Positions 27,096 through 40,710 of a stretch of 64,000 nt of DNA are shown in pieces; within the stretch, counting starts at the first letter, position 1; each line of letters opens with the position of its first letter. The position numbers were made by a program, and so were the translations under genes. Source of the stretch: Eledone cirrhosa (taxonomy: Eukaryota); assembly GCA_964016885.1 (NCBI GenBank), contig OZ024741.1, positions 342,612,001-342,676,000 on the forward strand, read 5' to 3'. Under the pieces are notes generated by a model, which saw only the letters and a list, made by a program, of their open reading frames with translations, was not told the origin of the DNA and did not search any database.

Positions 27096-27433
27096 TTCTG
27101 AAACACACACATATATATTTGAAAGAATACACCTACGTAGCTATGATCTTATAAAATTAGATTTAAAAAAGGGTGGGCGAAAGGCAACAAAAAAAACAGA
27201 CATCTTCAGATCCTTATATTTCAGCAGGACCACCAGAGGTCATCTGATGAGACGGGACTCTCCTTTGTTTTGTCCGTTTATCTGTTGTCTTTGCCAACCT
27301 TTTTTTAATTATATATATAAAGAAGAAAAACAATAAAACAAAACAAAACAAAGATTACCAGGTAACTTTTACTTTTCGTTACCTCATCTGACAATCCATT
27401 TAGCATTGTTTAGCCTTCTATCTCTTTCAACGT

Positions 27434-27465
<32 letters not shown>

Positions 27466-27506
27466 CGAAACATAAGTCAATTGCATGAACTCATAATCCT
27501 TTATTT

Positions 27507-27562
27507 ACTGCTATATATATTTCGATGATAGCCATTGAAGGGCTATGACCTCATCAGGCAGT
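27507..27562 (-). ncRNA. Type-I hammerhead ribozyme (copy of 297-352)
   Basis: Same core and stems, with one substitution in stem II. Lies in a TA-flanked 166-bp insert (27461-27626). Confidence 0.85.
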
Positions 27563-27621
27563 TAGTCAGTTCTTAGATATGCCAGCTCTGTGTTTATTGT
27601 ATTGATGGTATCAGAGCCTTG

Positions 27622-27681
<60 letters not shown>

Positions 27682-28073
27682 ATATATATATATATATATA
27701 TATATAATAATAACTCCAGGGCGACCGGCTGAGGTTGAAGGAACAGAATAGCGGTCGCCCTCGGGTCTCGATTTTCAGCCCCATGGATTTTACCTATTAC
27801 ATTCACGTATTATATTTCGAATACCTGATGATATCACCGGATTCATACGGAACCCGGTCATTGAAATGATCATAGTATAATAAACCTTTCAAGGATTTAC
27901 ACAAATCCAGCCTCCTGTCATTTCATTATAATATTTAACTCCGTAATAGCACCACCAACTACAAAAACAAAGACGGTTGAACTGCTATACGTTGAGTACT
28001 CTCTATATTATTGCATTACGATTGACCATACGGAATAGACCAGCTCTATACAGTGGTGAACCTCAAACCTGAA

Positions 28074-28104
<31 letters not shown>

Positions 28105-28548
28105 TTTGTAAGATTTCTGATGTGAAACATATATTTTTATATTTTGGTAAGGTCATGTTGCCAATAGAAACATACGTACCACATGACTTCACTTCAGTTT
28201 TATTACTATTAGTTTTACATAATTGTCAAAGTTCTTTCGTCACACATTCTGCAACCTCCTCTTCTTACTGGTTTTATGGAGTAAATAAAAGTACATCCAC
28301 CCCCATATATATATATATATATATGTATGAACTGGTATTGGACTGGTACAATTTTATATACCACGAGGGAGTGAAGGACAAAGTTTACCTCGGCGTGATT
28401 TGAACTAACAATGCAGAGAGCCGGAAGGAATATAATAAAGCATTCTATCCAACGTTCTAGCAACTCTACCAATTCGCATACGCACAGAGAGAGAGAGGGA
28501 GAGAGTGAGAGAGAGAGAGATACACCACACACACACCACCTCTCTCAC

Positions 28549-28602
<54 letters not shown>

Positions 28603-28849
28603 ACTGACACATATATACACACATGACTATTCTAAATGAAGCATACTAATGTAAATGTGCTTCGCTGAGGAGGTTCCGAGAAGATCGATTGAAACGTTTG
28701 CGGTTTCACCAGTTGCACACTTCACAGCCTTATAACTAAAAAAAAACTTGGATTGGTGCTATTTTTGAAGTTATCTCCCTTGACTGGTTTAAAACCAGTC
28801 GAATTTGTTAAATATTTCCACTAAACAAGCAGTTTTCTTTTAAGATGGA

Positions 28850-30443
28850 GGCATCCGCTTAAAATTTCGCTCTTTGAGATCAAATAATTATTGTTTGAAA
28901 TGATACAACTTCAATACTCTAAATTTCTCACTAAGAGAGAGACGCCATCTCTTGGTGCCATTAGTGAAGGATTGGATCTTTCAAGTATGTTCCAAGTAGT
29001 CATGTGGGGACTCCTTTCTCCTTTAATTGCCAGATTTTTACACGGCAGTACTGTTCTTATATCAGGATTCCTGAAGTAGTGGAGATGCGAGTAAAAACGT
29101 TGTATAAAACGATCTTGCACCATACCGACATATCTTTCGCTAACCTCAGAACTTTATGTGTGGTTGTGCGTACTTTCTGCCTCATACTCATTAGATTTGA
29201 TATTACAATTTTGTTGGAGAGGGTAATTCTCTATAATCCTACAAGAGCAGTTTAAATTTATATAAGATATCTTCTTTGCAGTAATGTTTGATCTCATAGA
29301 CAGGCCACAGGAATAGGATATCATGACGGAATTGCAATTGAATATTTTACGGTATCTATGTTGTGGTGGGAAATGTCTATCTATTAAATTAAAAATCTTC
29401 TTACCTACATTAGTCTGTACTTTCTGGAAAAGGGCTGGTGTGAACCAGATAATTCTTCTTTTTCTGTTAGCATTGTTAGTATGATTGGATGTTTGCTTAA
29501 TTTTGTCCTTAAAACAACTATATAAAAGGGCTTGGTTGTAGTACTGCGCAGCTTTATCGAAAATCCCCCTGGTTGCTGATACATCCTACGACTAATATTA
29601 GAAACTAAGTTTTTTTAAACGGAAGTGGAGGGAGGCTTGAAGCTTTATTAATGTATTTCAATTTTTCGATAGGCTTATGGTATGGTCTATACAAAGTTGT
29701 TGTTCGGTACAAGTTTTCATCAAGGAAATTGCATTAGTAAGATTCATATCAAGCGTAATTTTAAGTCCTAGTGGAAGAAATGTGTCAATTAATTTTTTAC
29801 GGAATCTGACCAGAGTCTGTCTGTTACAATCATGGGAAAACGAAATACCGTCGTCACGGTATAGACCAAAAAAAGTGGTTGGGGAATTTAGACCTTAGCG
29901 TATGAAGAATGTATAAGCCTTTAAGATTACAAACATTAGCACTGTCAAAGGACCCCATGGAGATATCAAAAGAATCATCAGGGTCTGATTTTTTACCCAC
30001 GTAGAACTGTTACTAAATAGAAGGGTTCTACAGACGAGGAATATAAGGTCCTATTCCATGTGGCTGGCGTATACGAAAGAACGAGCAAATTCTAAAGCGT
30101 TTTTAAGTCCTAGAAATACAGGGATAAAAATCTCTAATGTCATAATGTATGAATTTGGTCCTGTTCTTAAAGAGAATTTCAGTGAACCAGGATATGACAG
30201 ATGTATTATTCCACAGAGAGAGATTGGTGTTTTAAATAATACAGATGTTGATGTCTCTTACATTTTTTTACCTGCAAGTCCTAACTCTGTCCTTGCAAGA
30301 TTTATAAATCTATAGGTAGGCCAGTTAGTGAATAGGTAAGCTATGTTTGTGATCCTTCATGGTAATGAGAGCATCACGTTCCGCTAAGCGTTCAACTCTA
30401 TTGTCTATTTTTAACTTTGTGGCAATATCTTTGGCCTCATCAA

Positions 30444-30450
<7 letters not shown>
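28850..30450 (-). mobile_element. Heavily decayed Penelope-like (Neptune-type) RT + GIY-YIG ORF
   Basis: Minus-strand pieces: PTYRFINLARTELG, FDISMGSFDSANVC, GLYRDDG, LGLKIT, RRIIWFTP, ISYSC, RLSLSEK. Confidence 0.85.
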
Positions 30451-30474
<24 letters not shown>

Positions 30475-30478
<4 letters not shown>

Positions 30479-30668
30479 ATGGAAGCAGTAAAAACCAGTT
30501 AGACCATTACTCACCAGAGTACTCGATACTTGGGGTAGTAGATTGGGTAATACGAAAAATTCGGGACCCCGACGGCTGAGCTCCTGCTGTTTCAACAGTT
30601 AGATCCGAATTCTGATTTAGCTGATGAAACGGCAAGAACTCAGCCGTCGGGGTCCCGAATTTTTCATA
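30475..30668 (-). mobile_element. Fold-back PLE-type end, subfamily 2, copy 4
   Basis: Reverse-complement homolog of 26921-27095, next to (TA)n. Confidence 0.8.
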
Positions 30669-30849
30669 TATGTGTGTGTGTAGGCTCTTGATTAATGTCG
30701 GGGAAGGGTGTAAGCCTATATTATATATATACAAACACATATATTCATGTTCTGTGCCTTCTGTATAACGTATACAGCTGCAGTTGTGTTTTCGTTAGAA
30801 TGTTTTTCAGGTTACATATAACTACGTATACATTTATATGTCAAATATT

Positions 30850-31268
30850 CATGTAACTAAGTGTATGTGTCTGTATGTACTTGTCTGTCTCTGTAAATGT
30901 ATCCGTGTATGCATCTGTGTATGCATATATATATATATATATTTATATATACAGACACACAGACGTACACAGTAACATACACAGACATGTGTGTATGTAT
31001 ACGTATGTATATATATATATATATATTCATATATACACAGACACTCAGGCGTACATAGTCAACTACACATACATGCGTGTATGTATATGTATATATATAT
31101 ACATACACACAATATAAATGTATATATTTATATACATACATACACACACATATATATGTATATATATATATACATACATATATATGTATATATATATATA
31201 CATACACATATATATGTATATATATATATATATATATATACATACATACACACACATATATATGTATG

Positions 31269-31328
<60 letters not shown>

Positions 31329-31374
31329 CATATAAATGTACATATATGTGTACTTATATATATATATAACTTTT

Positions 31375-31456
<82 letters not shown>

Positions 31457-32197
31457 ATATATTTGTGTATGAGTGTGTCTGTATGTGTATATGTGTGTGT
31501 GAGAGAGAGAGAGAGAGAGAGTGTGTGTGTGTGTACGCGCTCTGCTGCTTGTTACGGTTTTCCTGCCATAAAATGCTGTCTGTGTAGCTGTGTGTTCTGT
31601 TTGTGTTTCACTGTTTATCTATGTGTCTGTGTCTTTGTCTGTAGATATATATGTGGAGTGCTTTGTGTCTATCTGTTTGCCTGTGTATCTGTGACTATAT
31701 ATGTATGTAGGTATTATGTTGTATGCTTTGTGTCTATCTGTGTCCCTGTGTAAGTATGTGTCTATATATGTATGTAGGTATTATGTTGTATGCTTTGTGT
31801 CTATCTGTGTCCCTGTGTATGTGTCTATATATGTATGTAGGTATTATGTACGTACGTATGTACTTATGTACGTATGTATTTATGTATGTATGTGTGTATG
31901 TATGTAGGTATGTATATATGTGTGTGTTTATGTATGTATGTCTATGTATGTATGTATGTATTTATGTATGTTCGTATGTACGCATTATGTATGTATGTAT
32001 GTATTTATGTATGTACGCATGCTTTTATGTATATATGTGTATGTGTGTATGTATCTATATATGTATATACGTATATATATGTTTATGTATTTATGTATGT
32101 ATGTATATATATATGTATGTATATGTGTGTGTATACATGTATGTATGTATGTATGTATGTATGTATGTATGTATGTATGTATGTATGTATGTATTTT

Positions 32198-32233
<36 letters not shown>

Positions 32234-33095
32234 TTTTTTTTTTTTCTTCTCGTGCAATGGCCATACTCGATAACGAGGGGGCAGCCATCATGTATGTATG
32301 TATGTATGTATGTATGTATGTATGTATGTATGTATGTATGTATGTATGTATGTATGTATGTACGTACGTATGTACGTATGTATGTATGTCATTATGTATG
32401 TATCTACGTATATATGTACATACGTACGTACGTATGTATGTATGTACGTATGTATGTATGTATGTATGTATGTATGTATGTATGTATGTATGTATTATGT
32501 AAGTGTCTACGTATGTATGTACGTACGTATGTATGTATGTATGTATGTATGTATGTATGTATGTATGTATGTATGTATGTATGTGTGTATGTGTGTATGT
32601 ATACATGTATGTATTATGTAAGTATCTACGTATGTATGTACGTACGTATGTACGTATGTATGTATGTCATTATGTATGTATCTACGTATATATGTACATA
32701 CGTACGTACGTATGTATGTATGTATGTATGTATGTAATATATATATGCATGTATGTATTCGTGTGTGTTTATATGAACTTACTATGCAGACAGGTTTACC
32801 TCGCTGCGCCTGTCTCACATGTGAATGGAAACGTGGCTGTATGTGTATATCATTGAATATTTGTACGTATGTGTGCGTATGTGTGTGTATGTGGCTGTGT
32901 GTGTATGTGTACGTTTAGATATATGCATCAGATATATGCAGACAGTTGCACCATACAATATTTCTGTGTGATTGTGTATGTATCTGGTGCGTGCGTATGT
33001 GCACATGTATGTTTGTGTATGATGACATACAGACATATACACGTACATACAAACATACATACATTCACGCACACATGTATACATAGTATACATAG

Positions 33096-33159
<64 letters not shown>

Positions 33160-33189
33160 ATATAAATAAATATATATATAAATATATAC

Positions 33190-33245
<56 letters not shown>

Positions 33246-33480
33246 GTGTGTGTGTGTGCAGTTGTAGGTATGTATATATATATATCTGGATGTGTGTTTG
33301 TGTGTGCTTTGATAAGAATGTGCAAGAGAGAGCGAGAGAGAGAGAGAGAGAGGTAGAGGAAGAGAGAGAGAGAGAAGGAAAAGATAGTGTATGTGCGTAT
33401 GTGTGAATATGAGAATACATGTATTCTTGTGTGTATGTGTATGAGTGTGTCTGTGTGTATGAGTGTAATGGTTTGTGCTA
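30850..33480. repeat. Compound (TA)n/(TG)n/(TATG)n/(GA)n microsatellite field
   Basis: Direct reading; the source of the YI/MYVC pseudo-ORFs. Confidence 0.95.
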
Positions 33481-33539
33481 GTCCCACTGGTGCGTGTATC
33501 TGTGTCTAATTATGCAGTAGTGCATGAGAAATGTCTGTT

Positions 33540-34800
33540 GTGGTTGTAACAGTGGTGGTGGTGGTGGTGGTGGGGATAGTAGCGGTGGTGGTGACGTTAG
33601 TGGCGGTGGTGATGTTAGTGGTTGTGGTGGCGGTGATGATGGTGGTACTGGTAGTTGATGGTGGTTGTGGTGGTGGTGGTTGTGGTGGTGGTGGTTGAGG
33701 TGGTGGTTGTGGTGGTTGTGGTGATGGTGGTTGTGGTGGTGGTTTTGGTGGTGGTTGTGGTGGCGGTGATGATGGTGGTACTGGTAGTTGATGGTGGTTG
33801 TGGTGGTGGTGGTTGAGGTGGTGGTTGTGGTGGTTGTGGTGGTGGCTCTGGTGGTGTTGGTGGTGGTGGTTGTAGTGGTGTTGGTGGTGGTGGGTGATGG
33901 TGGTATTGGTGGTGGTGGTGGTGTTTGTGCGGCTGAACGTGATGGCAACTTATGTGTTAATAGGGTGGTATTGGTGTTGAAGAGCGAAGGGTGTCGGCTG
34001 ATGGTGAGGAGAGAACAGCACATAGCCGTGGGGTGGGTAGTGGTAGGGGTAACAACTGAGCCTTGGTGGCCCTAATGTGGCTTCTCATGTGTTGGTGGGG
34101 TGGCTGTGTTGGTGGTGAGGATGATGGAGGTGATGGTGGTGGTGGTGGCGGTTTGGTGTTGGTGGTACGGTGGCGGTGGTATGCTGGTGGTGGTATGCTG
34201 GTCGTGGTATAGTGGCGGTGGTATGCTGGTGGTGGTATGCTGGTCGTGGTATAGTGGCGGTGGTATGCTGGTGGTGGTATGGTGGTGGTGATGGTGGGAG
34301 CGGTGGTGATGGTGGAGGTAGGGTGGTAGTGGTGGTAGGCTGGTGGTGGTGGTGGTATTGTGGAAGTGGTATAGTCCTGGTGATGGTGGAGGCGGTGGTG
34401 GTAGTGGTACGGTGGTGATGGTATAGTGGTGGTGATGGTGGGGGTGGTGGTCGTAGTGGTCGTATGGCGGTGGTGGTGGTATAGTGGTAGTAATGGTAGT
34501 AATGGGGTGGTGGTGATGGTGGTGGTATGGTGGTGGCGGTGGTGGTATAGTGGTGGTGATGGTGGAGGTGTGGTGGTATGGCGGTAGTGGTATGATGGTA
34601 GTGGTATGGTGTGGTGGTCTAGTGGTGGTAGTATATTGGTGGTGGAATGGTGGTGGTAATGTAGTGGTGGTGTTAGAGTGGTAGTGTTATGGGTGGTGGT
34701 GTTAGTGGTGGTGGTAGTGCTTGTGGTTATGTGTTAGGGTGGTAGTGTTATTGGTGTGGCAGGGGTGGTCGAGGTAGTGGTGGTTGTGGTTGGGGTAGGG
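33540..34800. repeat. Degenerate (GGT)n-rich low-complexity tract
   Basis: GGT/GTT/GAT triplet runs. Confidence 0.9.
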
Positions 34801-37800
34801 AGTAGTGGTGTTACTGGTGGGGGTGGTAAGGTGTAGTGGTGTTAGTGGTGGAGGTGGTATGGGGTAGTGGTATTAGTAATAACGGTGGTAATGGGGTAGG
34901 GGTATTAGTAGTGGCGGTGGTAGGATGTAGTGGTGTTAGTGGTGGCGGTGGTATGGGGTAGGGGTATTAGTAGTGGCGGTGGTAGGGTGTAGGGGTATTA
35001 GTGATGGAGGTGGTAGGGTGTAGTGGCGTTAGTGGTGGCGGTGGTAGGGTGTAGTGGCGTTAGTGGTGGCGGTGGTAGGGTGTAGTGGTGTTAGTGGTGG
35101 CGGTGGTAGGGTGTAGTGGTGTTAGTGGTGGCGGTGGTAGGGTGTAGGGGTATTAGTGATGGAGGTGGTAGGGTGTAGTGGCGTTAGTGGTGGCGGTGGT
35201 AGGGTGTAGTGGCGTTAGTGGTGGCGGTGGTAGGGTGTAGTGGTGTTAGTGGTGGCGGTGGTAGGGTGTAGTGGTGTTATTGATGGAGGTGGTAGGGTGT
35301 AGTGGCGTTAGTGGTGGCGGTGGTAAGGTGTAGTGGTGTTAGTGGTGGAGGTGGTAGGGTGTAGTGGCGTTAGTGGTGGCGGTGGTAGGGTGTAGTGGCG
35401 TTAGTGGTGGCGGTGGTAGGGTGTAGTGGTGTTAGTAGTGGCGGTGGTAGGGTGTAGTGGTGTTATTGATGGAGGTGGTAGGGTGTAGTGGTGTTAGTGG
35501 TGGCGGTGGTAGGATGTAGTGGTGTTAGTGGTGGAGGTGGTAAGGTGTAGTGGTGTTAGTGGTGGCGGTGGTAGTGTGTAGTGGTGTTAGTGGTGGTGGT
35601 GGTAAGGTGTAGTGGTGTTAGTGGTGGCGGTGGTAGGGTGTAATGTTGTTAGTGGTGGCGGTGGTAGGGTGTAGTGGTGTTAGTGGTGGTGGTGGTATGG
35701 GGTAGGGGTGTTAGTGGTGGAGGTGGTAGGGTGTAGTGGTGTTAGTAGTGGCGGTGGTAGGGTGTAATGTTGTTAGTGGTGGCGGTGGTAGGGTGTAGTG
35801 GTGTTAGTGGTGGTGGTGGTATGGGGTAGGGGTGTTAGTGGTGGAGGTGGTAGGGTGTAGTGGTGTTAGTGGTGGTGGTGGTATGGGGTAGGAGTATTAG
35901 TAGTAGCGGTGGTAGGGTGTAGTGGTGTTAGTGGTGGCGGTGGTAGGGTGTAGTGGTGTTAGTGGTGGAGGTGGTAGCGCGTAGTGGTGTTAGTGGTGGA
36001 GGTGGTAGGGTGTAGTGGCATTAGTGGTGGAGGTGGTATGGGGTAGGGGTATTAGTGATGGAGGTGGTAGGGTGTAGTGGCGTTAGTGGTGGTGGTGGTA
36101 GGTGTAGTGGCGTTAGTGCTGGCGGTGGTAGGGTGTAGTGGTGTTAGTGGTGGCGGTGGTAGGGTGTAGTGGTGTTAGTGGTGGCGGTGGTAGGATGTAG
36201 TAGTGTTAGTGGTGGAGGTGGTAGGGTGTAGTGGCATTAGTGGTGGCGGTGGTATGGGGTAGGGGTATTAGTGATGGAGGTGGTAGGGTGTAGTGGCGTT
36301 AGTGGTGGTGGTGGTTGGGTGTAGTGGTGTTAGTGGTGGAGGTGGTAGGGTGTAGTGGTGTTAGTGGTGGCGGTGGTAGGGTGTAGTGTTGTTAGTGGTG
36401 GCGGTGGTATGGGGTAGGGGTATTAGTGGTGGCGGTGGTAGGGTGTAGTGGCATTAGTGGTGGCGGTGGTATGGGGTAGGGGTATTAGTGATGGAGGTGG
36501 TAGGGTGTAGTGGCGTTAGTGGTGGCGGTGGTAGGGTGTAGTGGTGTTAGTAGTGGCGGTGGTAGGGTGTAGTGGCATTAGTGGTGGCGGTGGTAGGGTG
36601 TAGTGGTGTTAGTGGTGGCGGTGGTAGGGTGTAGTGGCATTAGTGGTGGAGGTGGTAGGGTGTAGTGGTGTTAGTGGTGGCGGTGGTAGGGTGTAGTGGT
36701 GTTAGTAGTGGCGGTGGTAGGGTGTAGTGGCATTAGTGGTGGCGGTGGTAGGGTGTAGTGGTGTTAGTGGTGGCGGTGGTAGGGTGTAGTGGCATTAGTG
36801 GTGGAGGTGGTATGGTGTAGTGGTGTTAGTAGTGGCGGTGGTAGGGTGTAGTGGCATTAGTGGTGGCGGTGGTAGGGTGTAGTGGTGTTAGTGGTGGCGC
36901 TGGTAGGGTGTAGTGGTGTTAGTGGTGGCGGTGGTAGGGTGTAGTGGCATTAGTGGTGGAGGTGTTAGGGTGTAGTGGTGTTAGTAGTGGCGGTGGTAGG
37001 GTGTAGTGGTGTTAGTAGTGGCGGTGGTAGGGTGTAGTGGCATTAGTGGTGGAGGTGGTAGGGTGTAGTGGTGTTAGTGGTGGCGGTGGTAGGGTGTAGT
37101 GGCATTAGTGGTGGCGGTGGTAGGGTGTAGTGGCATTAGTGGTGGCGGTGTAAGGGTATAGTGGTGTTAGTGGTGGCGGTGGTAGGGTGTAGTGGCATTA
37201 GTGGTGGAGGTGGTAGGGTGTAGTGGTGTTAGTGGTGGCGGTGGTAGGGTGTAGTGGCATTAGTGGTGGCGGTGGTAGGGTGTAGTGGTGTTAGTGGTGG
37301 AGGTGGTAGGGTGTAGTGGCGTTAGTGGTGGCGGTGGTAGGGTGTAGTGGTGTTAGTAGTGGCGGTGGTAGGGTGTAGTGGTGTTAGTGGTGGCGGTGGT
37401 AGGGTGTAGTGGTGTTAGTAGTGGCGGTGGTAGGGTGTAGTGGCATTAGTGGTGGCGGTGGTAGGGTGTAGTGGTGTTAGTGGTGGCGGTGGTAGGGTGT
37501 AGTGGCATTAGTGGTGGAGGTGGTAGGGTGTAGTGGTGTTAGTGGTGGCGGTGGTAGGGTGTAGTGGCATTAGTGGTGGCGGTGGTAGGGTGTAGTGGTG
37601 TTAGTGGTGGAGGTGGTAGGGTGTAGTGGCGTTAGTGGTGGCGGTGGTAGGGTGTAGTGGTGTTAGTGGTGGCGGTGGTAGGGTGTAGTGGTGTTAGTGG
37701 TGGCGGTGGTATGAGGTGGGGGTATTAGTGATGGAGGTGGTAGGGTGTAGTGGTGTTAGTGGTGGCGGTGGTAGGGTGTAGTGGTGTTAGTGGTGGCGGT

Positions 37801-39530
37801 GGTATGGGGTAGGGGTATTAGTGATGGAGGTGGTAGGGTGTAGTGGTGTTAGTGGTGGCGGTGGTAGGGTGTAGTGGTGTTAGTGGTGGCGGTGGTATGG
37901 GGTAGGGGTATTAGTGATGGAGGTGGTAGGGTGTAGTGGTGTTAGTGGTGGCGGTGGTAGGGTGTAGTGGTGTTAGTGGTGGCGGTGGTATGGGGTAGGG
38001 GTATTAGTGATGGAGGTGGTAGGGTGTAGTGGTGTTAGTGGTGGCGGTGGTAGGGTGTAGTGGTGTTAGTGGTGGCGGTGGTATGGGGTAGGGGTATTAG
38101 TGATGGAGGTGGTAGGGTGTAGTGGTGTTAGTGGTGGCGGTGGTAGGGTGTAGTGGTGTTAGTGGTGGCGGTGGTATGGGGTAGGGGTATTAGTGATGGA
38201 GGTGGTAGGGTGTAGTGGTGTTAGTGGTGGCGGTGGTAGGGTGTAGTGGTGTTAGTGGTGGCGGTGGTAGGGTGTAGTGATGTTAGTGGTGGCGGTGGTA
38301 GGGTGTAGTGGTGTTAGTGGTGGCGGTGGTATGGGGTAGGGGTATTAGTGATGGAGGTGGTAGGGTGTAGTGGTGTTAGTGGTGGCGGTGGTAGGGTGTA
38401 GTGGTGTTAGTGGTGGCGGTGGTATGGGGTAGGGGTATTAGTGATGGAGGTGGTAGGGTGTAGTGGTGTTAGTGGTGGCGGTGGTAGGGTGTAGTGGTGT
38501 TAGTGGTGGCGGTGGTATGGGGTAGGGGTATTAGTGATGGAGGTGGTAGGGTGTAGTGGTGTTAGTGGTGGCGGTGGTAGGGTGTAGTGGTGTTAGTGGT
38601 GGCGGTGGTAGGGTGTAGTGATGTTAGTGGTGGCGGTGGTAGGGTGTAGTGGTGTTAGTGGTGGCGGTGGTATGGGGTAGGGGTATTAGTGATGGAGGTG
38701 GTAGGGTGTAGTGGTGTTAGTGGTGGCGGTGGTAAGGTGTAGTGGTGTTAGTGGTGGCGGTGGTAGAATGTAGTAGTGTTAGTGGTGGAGGTGGTAGTGT
38801 GTAGTGGTGTTAGTGGTGGAGGTGGTAGTGTGTAGTGGTGTTAGTTGTGGCGGTGGTAGGGTGTAGTGGTGTTAGTGGTGGCGGTGGTAGGGTGTAGTTG
38901 TGTTAGTGGTGGCGGTGGTAGGATGTAGTGGCGTTAGTAGTGGCGGTGGTAGGGTGTAGTGGCGTTAGTAGTGGCGGTGGTAGTGTGTAGTGGCGTTAGT
39001 GGTGGCGGTGGTAGGGTGTAGTGGTGTTAGTGGTGGAGGTGGTAGGGTGTAGTGGCGTTAGTGGTGGCGGTGGTAGGGTGTAGTGGTGTTAGTAGTGGCG
39101 GTGGTAGTGTGTAGTGGCGTTAGTGGTGGCGGTGGTAGGGTGTAGTGGTGTTAGTAGTGGCGGTGGTAGGGTGTAGTTGTCTTAGTGGTGGCGGTGGTAG
39201 GGTGTAGTGGTGTTAGTGGTGGCGGTGGTAGGGTGTAGTGGTGTTAGTGGTGGAGGTGGTAGGGTGTAGTGGTGGCGGTGGTAGGGTGTAGTGGTGTTAG
39301 TGGTGGAGGTGGTAGAGTGTAGTGGTGTTAGTGGTGGCGGTGGTAGTGTGTAGTGGTGTTAGTGGTGGCGGTGGTAGGGTGTAGTGGTGTTAGTGGTGGC
39401 GGTGGTAGGATGTAGTGGCGTTAGTGGTGGCGGTGGTAGGGTGTAGTGGTGTTAGTGGTGGAGGTGGTAGAGTGTAGTGGTGTTAGTGGTGGCGGTGGTA
39501 GTGTGTAGTGGTGTTAGTGGTGGCGGTGGT
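34800..39530. repeat. 31-bp G/T-rich minisatellite (about 150 units)
   Basis: Consensus GGTAGGGTGTAGTGGTGTTAGTGGTGGCGGT; period 31 verified at 35041/35072. Confidence 0.97.
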
Positions 39531-40360
39531 AGGGAGATAGAAGTAGTAGAGGTAGAGATGTTGGTGGTGGTGGCAGTGGTGGTACCGCTAACAGCAGTTT
39601 TAACAATGGTACTAATAGCAGTGGTGTTGATAGTGATGATGATGATGATGATGGAAAGGTGATAGTGGTAATGGCTTAAGGTGTGACGTCTAGATGTTGT
39701 TGTTATTGTTGTTGTTGAAGGTGGTGGTGGTGGTGATAATGATGATGTTGGCGATGGTGGTGTTGGTGGTGATGGTTGTGGTGATGATGGTGATAGTGGG
39801 GAGTCGCGGTGGCGGGGATGGTCGTGGTGGTGGTGGTGGTGGTAGTGATGGTGATGGTGGTGGTAGTGGTGTTGGTGATGGTGACGGTGGTGGTGGTGTT
39901 GGTGGAAGTGACGGTGGTGGTGGTGTTGGTGGTAGTGATGGTAGTGGTGGTGGTGGTGGTTGTGATGGTGGTGGTGGAGGTGGGGATGGTGGTGGTGGTG
40001 GTGGTGGTGGTGGTGTTGGTGTTGGTGTTGGTGGTAATGATGGTGTTGGTGGTAGTGATGGTGGTGGTGGTGGAGGTGGGGATGGTAATGGTGATGGTGG
40101 TGGTGGTGTTGGTGGTAGTGCTGGTGGGGATGGTGACGGTGGTGGTGTTGGGGTTGATGATGGTAGTGGTCGTTGTGGTTGTGGTGGTGGTGTTGGTGAT
40201 GGTGGTGATAGTGGTGGTGGCATTGATGTTCATGTTGGTGGTGTTAGTGTTATTTTGGTGGTAGTGGTGATGGTGATGGTGGTGGTTGTGATAATGGCAA
40301 TGGTAGTGGTGGCAGTGGTAGTAGTAGTGGTGGTGGTGGCAGTAGTGGTGGTGGGGGAGT
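39530..40360. repeat. Degenerate (GGT)n tract
   Basis: Source of the poly-P/T/G/V pseudo-ORFs. Confidence 0.9.
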
Positions 40361-40644
40361 TGCAGTGAATGCGCCTGTAGGCGTGTGTAAATTATTCAGT
40401 ATAGGAGAAAGAAAAAAAATACAGATACACACACATACCTACACACAGACATATATATTCACACAGACACACACACACACACACACACACATAGACATAC
40501 ACACATGTATATATGCAAGCAGACGCACACATTGTCATATGCATATATATATATATATATAATCTACATATATACATACACATATATATACACACACACA
40601 TATATATATATAGACACAAACATAAACAGAAATATATATATACA

Positions 40645-40710
<66 letters not shown>

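Noticed and set aside
27243-27265. CTGATGA followed by a small hairpin as an HHR
   Set aside because: No downstream GAAA/NUH or stem I.
31701-32918. MYVC-repeat ORFs up to 287 aa
   Set aside because: Translation of (TATG)n; open in several frames and on both strands.
34800-39530. Mucin-like coding VNTR or true telomeric array
   Set aside because: The 31-bp period shifts frame and brings TAA/TAG stops on both strands. There are no tandem canonical TTAGGG units.
39690-40368. Pro-rich extensin/formin-like or Gly-rich ORFs (also 33478-34023)
   Set aside because: Degenerate (GGT)n low complexity, open in multiple frames, with no splice or domain support.
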